DNA of 32,000 nucleotides from Patescibacteria group bacterium. GTDB lineage: Bacteria; Patescibacteriota; Patescibacteriia; 2-01-FULL-39-33. Location: positions 954 through 32,953 of the forward strand of contig JBAZRV010000008.1 in the NCBI GenBank assembly GCA_041662745.1, written 5' to 3'. The notes beneath the pieces were generated by a model that had not been told where the DNA came from, made no database searches, and worked only from the letters and a program-made list of their open reading frames with translations. Below, one piece after another: positions 9,267 through 16,770 of the stretch; the stretch's first letter is position 1; each line of letters opens with the position of its first letter. The position numbers and the translations under genes were made by a program.

Positions 9267-9623
9267 TTAGATGGCGCTGAATAAGGCTAAACCGATAAAG
9301 ATAACGGCGAAGATAACAAACATCGTAGCGACCGTAGAAATAAACGCGGTTAGGGATTCCTTGTAGCGTTTATCTAAAAAATAACGCACCGGCCAAATAA
9401 AAACGATTACGCCGGACACGGCGACTGACAAAACCAATAAGGCAAGAAAAGCCACAATACCAAAAACCGCTGTCCAGGGCCGGGGCGTGGCAAAAAATGT
9501 CTGCGTGCCGACTATGAATATCGCCACTAAAGCGATGTAGCACACTTCCATAATGCCAGCCACCAAGCCTTGGCCGGCCGGAGTGGAAAAACGATCGCGC
9601 TTGAAAGGATTGAGTTTGAGCAT
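9267..9623 (-). CDS. Small polytopic membrane protein
   Basis: 118 aa, three hydrophobic segments; co-oriented. Confidence 0.75.
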   Translation of the reverse strand: MLKLNPFKRDRFSTPAGQGLVAGIMEVCYIALVAIFIVGTQTFFATPRPWTAVFGIVAFLALLVLSVAVSGVIVFIWPVRYFLDKRYKESLTAFISTVATMFVIFAVIFIGLALFSAI

Positions 9624-9670
9624 ATGATTAAAAATTAATTATTGATTATTGGCCGATGGTTTTGATTCTG

Positions 9671-10021
9671 CTACAAAGAAAAATTATCCTTAAGATTTAT
9701 TTCTATCCAATCAACCAAGGCGTCATCCCATTTATAGGCCTTAATCAGGTGGGTGAAATCGGTTTCCGAATAAACATATTCTACTTCATGATGGCTGCCG
9801 ATACGCCGGCTGCCGTGAGTCTGCTTGTCCAATATTACCGGCCGGGTGATAAAATCTATCTTCATCCTGCCCAAAGGACCGGTAAAACACAGCGTTTCTT
9901 TTTCACCGACCTCCGGTTCAGGCAATTCCTCCGCGGTTATTTGAACGTCGGGAAAATTATCCTGAATCATGCCTTTGATTTGCTGCCATTTTTGCGGGGT
10001 CATATAATTATATCTTACCAT
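9671..10021 (-). CDS. Conserved-looking hypothetical protein
   Basis: 116 aa soluble ORF. An internal ATG at 10003 would avoid the overlap with the queH stop (10008-10010). Confidence 0.65.
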   Translation of the reverse strand: MVRYNYMTPQKWQQIKGMIQDNFPDVQITAEELPEPEVGEKETLCFTGPLGRMKIDFITRPVILDKQTHGSRRIGSHHEVEYVYSETDFTHLIKAYKWDDALVDWIEINLKDNFSL

Positions 10022-10556
10022 TTTTTAGGCTGTATTCGCAACCGCAATATTTCTGACGATAAAATCCTTGATCTTTGGCGAATGAGAGGGCGGCGGCATA
10101 ACCGGGATTAGCTTTAAAATCAAGATCTAAATATTCCAAGCCGTATTTGCGGGCCAATGCTTTACCCAGCTGGCGAATGATTTTGTCATCTTTATGCGGC
10201 GAGATGCTAAGCGAGGTAACAAAGCAATTGAATCCATGGTCAGCCGCATAATCGGCGGCGTTATTAAGACGCAAGTTATAACAGATTCGGCAACGTTTGC
10301 CCCGTTCCGGTTCCCGCTCCAAACTCCGAATTGATCTTAGCCAGCGATCATGATCCCGATCAACTGAAATGAAGTCAACGCCTTGGCCGGTAAAATATTT
10401 CCCGGCTTCTTCGGCGCGTTTATGGAATTCCTCTTCCGGCCAAATATTGGGGTTATCAAAATAAACAGTGAGATCGTATTTTTCGATCAATTGTTGCGAC
10501 AAAAGGCCGCTGCAAGGCGCGCAGCAGACATGAAATAATAGTTTTTCCTTGATCAT
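10008..10556 (-). CDS. queH: Epoxyqueuosine reductase QueH (DUF208 family)
   Basis: HVCCAPCSG N-terminal motif, RCRICYNLRL, and C-terminal YRQKYCGCEYS. Confidence 0.92.
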   Translation of the reverse strand: MIKEKLLFHVCCAPCSGLLSQQLIEKYDLTVYFDNPNIWPEEEFHKRAEEAGKYFTGQGVDFISVDRDHDRWLRSIRSLEREPERGKRCRICYNLRLNNAADYAADHGFNCFVTSLSISPHKDDKIIRQLGKALARKYGLEYLDLDFKANPGYAAALSFAKDQGFYRQKYCGCEYSLKNGKI

Positions 10557-10808
10557 TTAGGCCAGCTTAAAAACTTCATCGCCCTCTTTTACCGGCTGAT
10601 CAACCTTAAAGCCGACGGCTTGGCCGACATTAGCCATAGACACTTCTGCGCGATCAATCTGCAAAGAATTAACGGCCTGCTCAAACTCTCTGTCTCCCCC
10701 CTTGACTTTAATGGTATCGCCAACGGCCAGTTGACCGTCACTCAGTTCAATCACGCCGACCCCGATCTTGCCGAAGTAGTGAGTGATTTTACCGATTTTT
10801 TCTTCCAT
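10557..10808 (-). CDS. Translation elongation factor-like (EF-Tu domain 2-type) small beta-barrel protein
   Basis: 83 aa: KIGKITHYFGKIGVGVIEL..LAVGDTIKVKG..VGQAVGFKVDQPVKEGDEVFKL. Confidence 0.7.
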   Translation of the reverse strand: MEEKIGKITHYFGKIGVGVIELSDGQLAVGDTIKVKGGDREFEQAVNSLQIDRAEVSMANVGQAVGFKVDQPVKEGDEVFKLA

Positions 10809-10812
10809 ATGT

Positions 10813-11253
10813 TTAATTTTTTAATGTTTTGATCAAATTATCAGCTTCCGCCAGAATTTCTTTCGGCTGTTTAAAACGCACTAATTTCTGGGCGGTCGTC
10901 AGATCAAACCAACCATAACCGTTATGTTCGTGGGAAATTTTCGGTTCGGTGCCGGGCGGAACTTCAGCCAAATAAATCACAAAATCCTTTTTAATCAGGT
11001 CGTTTCCCCCATGATGCGTTTCCCGAAACATAAACTCCGTCTGTTCTCTAAAACCGTCAATTACTTTAATATCTTTTAAGCCGGCTTCTTCGTACAGTTC
11101 GCGCAAACCGGTTTCTAACTCGCTCTCTCCTTCCTCCATTTTGCCTTTAGGAAAATTCCAATAACTGCCCCGGTGATACAATACCAAATATTGCAAGCCT
11201 TCTTTAGGATGGCGGCGAAAAATAATAAAACCGACTGATTTTTGTCTGATCAT
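10813..11253 (-). CDS. Nudix hydrolase
   Basis: Nudix box GKMEEGESELETGLRELYEEAGL matches GX5EX7REUXEEXGU. Confidence 0.93.
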   Translation of the reverse strand: MIRQKSVGFIIFRRHPKEGLQYLVLYHRGSYWNFPKGKMEEGESELETGLRELYEEAGLKDIKVIDGFREQTEFMFRETHHGGNDLIKKDFVIYLAEVPPGTEPKISHEHNGYGWFDLTTAQKLVRFKQPKEILAEADNLIKTLKN

Positions 11254-11261
11254 ATTGGTAA

Positions 11262-12512
11262 TTATTTCAGATATTTCTTTCCTTTTAATTTTTCCGGCAG
11301 ATATTCCTGCTCTTCTTGATAAGCAAAATCAGGCGAATACTTGTAATCTTTGCCATAACCCAACTCCCTCATCAGTTTAGTCGGGGCATTGCGCAAATGG
11401 ATCGGTACTGGCTCATCAGCCGTCTCCTTAACATCAAGCTGGACTTTAAGGTAAGCCTCGTAAAGGTCGTTTGATTTTTTACATTTAGCCAGATAAACAG
11501 CCACTTGAGCCAGAATCACATTACATTCAGGCATACCTAAATAATGGCAGGCCGTATAGCCGGCGACGGCTTGTTCTAATGCCCGTGAATTGGCCAGGCC
11601 GACATCTTCGCTGGCAAACCGTATCAAACGCCGGGCGATATACAAAGGATCTTCTCCCGCCTCCAGCATCCGGGCCAGCCAATACAGCGCGGCATCGGCA
11701 TCCGAACCGCGCAAGGATTTATGCAAGGCGGAAATAATATTATAATGCTGCTCGCCGGACTTATCGTATAAATGGGCATTACGCTGTAAAGAATCCTTGA
11801 TTTTATTTTTATCCAACTTAATTATACCAGATTTACCGGGTTTGGTCGCTGTTACTGCTAATTCCAAAACATTCAAAGCGGTACGAGCATCGCCATTAGC
11901 TAATAAGGATAAGTATTCTAAAACTTCATCGCCGTAAGCTATCTTATAATTTCCCAATCCCCGGTCCTTATCCGCCAAAGCTTTGAGGATTATCGCTTTA
12001 ATATCAGCTGGCGCCAATTGTTCCAAAATAAAAACTCGCGAACGCGATAATAAAGCTGAATTAATCTCAAAAGACGGATTTTCCGTAGTGGCGCCGATCA
12101 AAATAACGATGCCGCTTTCCACATGCGGCAATAAAGCATCCTGCTGGGATTTATTCCAACGATGAATTTCGTCAATAAACAAAATAGTCCGCTGCCCGGA
12201 AAATTTCAACCGTTCTTGCGCTTCTCCGATTATTTTTTTTAATTCTTTGACGCCGCAACTGACAGCGGAAAAGGAGACGAAAAACGAACCGCTCATGCCA
12301 GCGACGATCTTCGCTAAAGTAGTTTTGCCTGTGCCTGGCGGACCCCAAAAAACCAAAGAGGGCAGTTGGTCGCTTTCCATCAGCCGGCGAAGCAGTTTAC
12401 CCTTGCCCACCAAATCATTCTGACCCACAAATTCCTCCAAATTACGCGGGCGGAGGCGATCGGCTAAAGGCGCATTAGCGCTGAGTTTTGAATCAAATAA
12501 ATCCATAGCCAT
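11262..12512 (-). CDS. rarA: Replication-associated recombination protein A (RarA/MgsA AAA+ ATPase)
   Basis: LRPRNLEEFVGQNDLVG, WGPPGTGKTTLAKIV, DEIHRWNKSQQDALLP, GATTENPSFEI. Likely true start is M3 at 12506 (see leaderless finding). Confidence 0.95.
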   Translation of the reverse strand: MAMDLFDSKLSANAPLADRLRPRNLEEFVGQNDLVGKGKLLRRLMESDQLPSLVFWGPPGTGKTTLAKIVAGMSGSFFVSFSAVSCGVKELKKIIGEAQERLKFSGQRTILFIDEIHRWNKSQQDALLPHVESGIVILIGATTENPSFEINSALLSRSRVFILEQLAPADIKAIILKALADKDRGLGNYKIAYGDEVLEYLSLLANGDARTALNVLELAVTATKPGKSGIIKLDKNKIKDSLQRNAHLYDKSGEQHYNIISALHKSLRGSDADAALYWLARMLEAGEDPLYIARRLIRFASEDVGLANSRALEQAVAGYTACHYLGMPECNVILAQVAVYLAKCKKSNDLYEAYLKVQLDVKETADEPVPIHLRNAPTKLMRELGYGKDYKYSPDFAYQEEQEYLPEKLKGKKYLK

Positions 12513-12541
12513 ATCTTAGCTGACTTTCCAAACGATTACAA
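12513..12541 (-). promoter_or_regulatory. Candidate promoter of rarA (TTGTAA-17 nt-TAAGAT)
   Basis: Minus-strand hexamers at 12541..12536 and 12518..12513, spacing 17 nt. Confidence 0.4.
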
Positions 12542-12609
12542 ACCCCTGATCATTTAATGAGCAATTTTGTGTTCAATGACGCAACTCAGCCTTGGCGCCG
12601 GAAAAATTA

Positions 12610-12636
12610 ACAAAAAAAAGGGGCGATCCCTTTGTT
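12610..12636 (-). terminator. Candidate intrinsic terminator ending the sensor/surface-protein gene cluster
   Basis: Minus strand AACAAAGGGATCGCCCCTTTTTTT: stem AAAGGG/CCCTTT followed by a T run, about 20-45 nt after the stop of the 12657-15032 gene. Confidence 0.6.
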
Positions 12637-12656
12637 GCAGATCTTTCATTAATCGA

Positions 12657-15032
12657 TTAAGCCGGACTTAATTCCTTAGTGCCCACTTTTTTCTTCATGC
12701 CTTTAAGGGGTAAAGAAATATAAAAAGTTGAACCCTTATTTTCTTTGGATGTAAACCATACTTTGCCGCCCGCTTTTTCCACTATAGACTTGACCATATA
12801 CAACCCCAAACCGGTGCCATCGGTTTCTTTATTCCTGACATTATCCGCCCGAAAAAGCTTGGTGAAAATTTTGACTTTAGCGTTCTCCGGTATGCCATAG
12901 CCATTATCAGCAATACTAATCAAGATATTTTCTCCTTGCTTGGATAAAATAACGCTCACCTTGCCCTTGGCCGGCGTATATTTGATTGCATTAGTCAGTA
13001 AATTTTGGATCAAAATCCTAACTAAATTGGGATCGGCCTTGACTAAGGGCAGATCTTTGCTGTAATGTTCTGCCAGTTTAATTTTCTTTTTGACGATTTG
13101 AGGCTTCAGCTCTCCAATAATGCTGCGGGAAATCTTTTTGAAATCAATCAGTTTCGGTTCAATAGCAAAAGTTCCAAGATCAATCCGTGAAACATTGAGG
13201 AAGGCGTTAACCAACGCCACCATTCGCTTATTACTGTTGCGCACCTCGGTTAAGTAACTCTTCTGATCCTTATTAAGCTTGCCGGCAGCGCCTTTCAATA
13301 AGATTTCCGTGTACCAATTGACTGCCGCTAAGGGTGTACGCAACTGATGTGATGCCAAAGAAACGAACTCAGTCTTCGCCTGATCTATTTGTTTTTCCTT
13401 AGTAATATCAATCTGAACGGCGGAAGCGCCTATAATCCGCCCTTGAGAATCTTTGACTGGTGAAACAGACAATGAAATATCCACTAAACTTCCATCTTTC
13501 CTCTTCCTGACGGTCTGAAAATGCTCAATTTCTTTGCCTTCAGAGATTTTCTTCAAAAAATCATCAATTTCTTGATAGCGATCGGGGGGCGCCGTTATCC
13601 TGATGTTTTTTCCAATCGCTTCTTTAGCCGTATAGCCATACAGATTTTCCGCTCCCTTATTCCAACTAGTGATCGTACCAGCCAGGGTTTTACCGATAAT
13701 CGGCTGTTCAGCGCCACGAACAATCGCCGCTAAATCTTCAGCTCTGTTCTTTTCTTCTTCTACGTCTTCTAAAATATTCAAAATCGCTTTCTGCTGTTTG
13801 GCCATGACTTCGGCGCGGCGGGAAATTTCTTTGGTTTGTTGTTTGACTTTTTTTTCTGTTTCTTGCTTGCTATTATTGACGGCTGATAACATTTGATTGA
13901 AAGCCTCGGTCATCGTCTGTAATTCATCGTAATGTTTCAATGGCTGCAAATAAGCCCCCCAATCGCCCCGGCTGATCTTCAGCGCCGCCTCATTTAATTT
14001 TTTGATAGGGCGCAATAGATTGCGTATAAACAAAACAGAAATAAAAATAGCGGAACCGGCGGCCAAAACAACAAATAAAACCAACAATAAGGAGATATTC
14101 AAAGCTGGTCTGATATAGCGCGATGCATCCGCCTCAAAAATCATATAAAAATCAAATTTTCCTACTTTTATCACCCCCAAAAGCTCTCTCCGACCTTCCT
14201 GCCGATCATTAAAGTCAAATAACTTATAACCGGTAATGCCGGCTATGTCGGATTGCAAAAAATCATAAAACAACGGCTTAATAGCCTGATCTTGATAACA
14301 CAGACAGTCGCTAATATTCTTTTGCTGTTCCGCGCTTAATACCCCCAAGCTTTTCAACTTCCTATCCTGGACCGAGGAGGCGATGATTACGCCGTTATCA
14401 TCAACAATCATTAATTTATAACTGGCATCAAAATTAAACCAATTCAGATCATTGACGACAGCATCGGAATTTATTTTTATAACCACCGCACCCAATATCT
14501 GACCTTGATTATCCTTAACCGGCACCGCATAATAAAAACCCAACTCATGCGTGGTGACACCAAAATTGGCTACCATTTTCGCTTGGCCGTCAATGGCATT
14601 ATGGAAATAATTACGGAAACGGTAATCATTGCCGAGTAAAGAAGGATCGGTGGAAACAATGGCGACGCCATTCTTATCCAACAGATAAATAATGGAATAT
14701 TCACCGCCGATATTGGCATCATTCAATCTTTCTACGACAGCCGGATCTTGGATGGCCGGCTGTTCACTGCTAAGAACATTAATTATCGCCGTGCTTTTGG
14801 ATAAATAGTCAGCAGCAGCAATACTGTCGTCAAACAGCTGCTCAACCTGATGGCTGGAACTTTGAAGAGTGGCTGATAGGATATTTTTATTCTCATCGTA
14901 AAAAGAATTTTCTGCCAGCCAAAAAACACTCAGAGCGGCTAAAAAGCCAAAAATAATAATTACTAAAGCGATACTAAGAGTGGCCCTGCTAATCAGACTC
15001 CGATAAGGAATTTTTTTATTTGTTATCGCCAT
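12657..15032 (-). CDS. Membrane sensor histidine kinase: double Cache-like ectodomain, HAMP, PAS, HisKA, HATPase_c
   Basis: TM at N-terminus, YLLDKNGVAIVSTDPSLLGNDYRFRNYF ectodomain, second TM and HAMP (RNLLRPIKKLNEAALKISRGDW), PAS, FVSLASHQLRTPL, ATPase motifs DNGYGIP and GTGLGLYMVKSIVE. Confidence 0.93.
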   Translation of the reverse strand: MAITNKKIPYRSLISRATLSIALVIIIFGFLAALSVFWLAENSFYDENKNILSATLQSSSHQVEQLFDDSIAAADYLSKSTAIINVLSSEQPAIQDPAVVERLNDANIGGEYSIIYLLDKNGVAIVSTDPSLLGNDYRFRNYFHNAIDGQAKMVANFGVTTHELGFYYAVPVKDNQGQILGAVVIKINSDAVVNDLNWFNFDASYKLMIVDDNGVIIASSVQDRKLKSLGVLSAEQQKNISDCLCYQDQAIKPLFYDFLQSDIAGITGYKLFDFNDRQEGRRELLGVIKVGKFDFYMIFEADASRYIRPALNISLLLVLFVVLAAGSAIFISVLFIRNLLRPIKKLNEAALKISRGDWGAYLQPLKHYDELQTMTEAFNQMLSAVNNSKQETEKKVKQQTKEISRRAEVMAKQQKAILNILEDVEEEKNRAEDLAAIVRGAEQPIIGKTLAGTITSWNKGAENLYGYTAKEAIGKNIRITAPPDRYQEIDDFLKKISEGKEIEHFQTVRKRKDGSLVDISLSVSPVKDSQGRIIGASAVQIDITKEKQIDQAKTEFVSLASHQLRTPLAAVNWYTEILLKGAAGKLNKDQKSYLTEVRNSNKRMVALVNAFLNVSRIDLGTFAIEPKLIDFKKISRSIIGELKPQIVKKKIKLAEHYSKDLPLVKADPNLVRILIQNLLTNAIKYTPAKGKVSVILSKQGENILISIADNGYGIPENAKVKIFTKLFRADNVRNKETDGTGLGLYMVKSIVEKAGGKVWFTSKENKGSTFYISLPLKGMKKKVGTKELSPA

Positions 15033-15048
15033 ACCGCCTCAATGTCAT

Positions 15049-15249
15049 TTAATTAATCAGCTGACTTAACTGTCCGGCAACAGACATATGCTCTATCTCC
15101 TGATCGCGAATAAGCAGTACGGCATCACGTTCAAAAGGATCAGCTAAGCTTTCCAAGAATTCATCATAGAGATTCAAAGCTTGCTTTTCCAGGGCATACA
15201 ATTCAACAAAACTTTCAGCTAGCTCGGCTTTGCTTTTTTTTGTTTTCAT
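15049..15249 (-). CDS. 66-aa ferritin-like/rubrerythrin-like two-helix mini-protein (putative)
   Basis: MKTKKSKAELAESFVELYALEKQALNLYDEFLESLADPFERDAVLLIRDQEIEHMSVAGQLSQLIN with EIEH (ExxH) motif; overlaps the end of the upstream PAS gene by 35 nt. Confidence 0.6.
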   Translation of the reverse strand: MKTKKSKAELAESFVELYALEKQALNLYDEFLESLADPFERDAVLLIRDQEIEHMSVAGQLSQLIN

Positions 15250-16354
15250 ATTTGATTAATTCTTTAAATTTTTTCTCATGTTCCCGGCTCTCCTCAAGCA
15301 GCTGTTCAAGAAGTTTTTTTATCTTTCTGACCTCAACGGCGCTTAAATCGTAACTGCTTATCTTTGCCAAATAATCAGTAGTTAAGCTCTGCACCAGATC
15401 ATCTTCCAGTTCTACGGCCTCCTGAAATTTTTGCGACCAGCTTTTTTCTGTCGCTGCTGGTTGCTCAACCGAACCCTTCCTAAGTTGTTCTTTAAGCTTG
15501 ATTATCCGCAGTTCCCGTCCGACCATAAGCTCATTCAAACGTTCCAAGTCCCTCATTTTCTCCTTCAAACTATTCTCCGCCAGCCGCCGCTTAGTGATAT
15601 CCAATGTAAAACCGATAACGCCCACGATGTCGCCGGCGGCATCGCGATAAGGGATTTTATCGGTTTGGACCCAGAGAGTTTTATTAGGCAAAACCAAAGT
15701 TTCAATAATATTCCTCTTGGCCTTGCCCATTCTAATTACTTCCTTGTCATCATCCCAATAGGCTTGAGCCTGGTCTTTGCTGAAAAGATCAAACATGGAT
15801 TTGCCCTGAAGCTGTTTCTTAGACATCCCCATTACATCGCTGAAGGCCCGGTTAACGCGGATAAAGCGATTATTTATATCTTTATAAAATATCCAAGCCG
15901 GCACGGAATCAAGAATTACTTCTATCTCCTGCTGCTGCCTGTGCAGAGCGTCTTCTATTTTCTTGCGCTCGGTAATATCACTGATTATACCCACCAAATA
16001 AAAATTTTTATTGCCGCTCTTAAAGACGTTCTTTTTAGTTATGATATTATGCGTGACACCCCTGGCATCAGTGAATAATTCTTCATTGATATTCTCTTTG
16101 CCATTTTTAAACACCATTTCATCTTTACTCCAAAAAACCTTGGCCTCTTTATCCGAAAAAAAATCATAATCGGTTTTACCGATAAGCTTCTGCCGAGGGT
16201 ACCCCATAAAAAGACAGTAAGCATCGTTAAGCAGAATCCAACGATGCTTGCGGTCTTTGACAAAAATCGGATCAGAAACCTTATTAATGATATCCAAAAG
16301 CACTTGCTCATCTTTGATAGAAAAATCAGAAGGCTTTGAAATTGGCGTTAGCAT
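15215..16354 (-). CDS. Cytoplasmic two-PAS protein without kinase domain
   Basis: PAS1 VLLDIINKVSDPIFVKDRKHRWILLNDAYCLFMGYPRQKLIG; PAS2 VILDSVPAWIFYKDINNRFIRVNRAFSDVMGMSKKQLQG; coiled-coil/helical C-terminus, no H-box or ATPase. Confidence 0.88.
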   Translation of the reverse strand: MLTPISKPSDFSIKDEQVLLDIINKVSDPIFVKDRKHRWILLNDAYCLFMGYPRQKLIGKTDYDFFSDKEAKVFWSKDEMVFKNGKENINEELFTDARGVTHNIITKKNVFKSGNKNFYLVGIISDITERKKIEDALHRQQQEIEVILDSVPAWIFYKDINNRFIRVNRAFSDVMGMSKKQLQGKSMFDLFSKDQAQAYWDDDKEVIRMGKAKRNIIETLVLPNKTLWVQTDKIPYRDAAGDIVGVIGFTLDITKRRLAENSLKEKMRDLERLNELMVGRELRIIKLKEQLRKGSVEQPAATEKSWSQKFQEAVELEDDLVQSLTTDYLAKISSYDLSAVEVRKIKKLLEQLLEESREHEKKFKELIKYENKKKQSRAS

Positions 16355-16364
16355 AAGGAGGGGG

Positions 16365-16736
16365 TTACTTAATGCCCAATTTTTGCTGGACTTTAACGGC
16401 TACATCGGCGACATTCCAATCCACCTTGACCAAGTATTCAAAAGTTCCCAAGGCCACGGCTTGAGCGACCTTAGCTGAGTCGCTTAAATTACTCAAAATT
16501 ACCACTTCGGCTTTCTTGCCCCACCGATCCTTACGTAACTTGGCTAACATTTCCAAACCGTCCATCTTGGGCATTACCAAATCTAATAGAATTAAATCAG
16601 GTTTCTCTTTCTTGGCTAACCGTAAGCCCTCAACACCGTCTTTGGCAAGTAATACCTTAACCTGCCCGGCGTCAAATTGCGATGACAACGCCTTAAGCAC
16701 GATTGGTTCATCATCAATGATTAACAATTTTTTCAT
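16365..16736 (-). CDS. Stand-alone response regulator receiver (REC) protein
   Basis: LLIIDDEPIVLKAL, phosphoacceptor LILLDLVMPKMDG, VVILSNL, YLVK; 123 aa with no output domain. Confidence 0.95.
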   Translation of the reverse strand: MKKLLIIDDEPIVLKALSSQFDAGQVKVLLAKDGVEGLRLAKKEKPDLILLDLVMPKMDGLEMLAKLRKDRWGKKAEVVILSNLSDSAKVAQAVALGTFEYLVKVDWNVADVAVKVQQKLGIK

Positions 16737-16770
16737 ATTGTATTTTAAATTTATAACCGTTTAACAATGA

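Noticed and set aside
9656-10111. 151-aa plus-strand ORF
   Set aside because: Antisense to the 116-aa ORF and queH; the queH motifs settle the strand.
15431-16078. 215-aa plus-strand ORF
   Set aside because: Antisense to the two-PAS gene, whose domains are clear; no protein-like features recognised.
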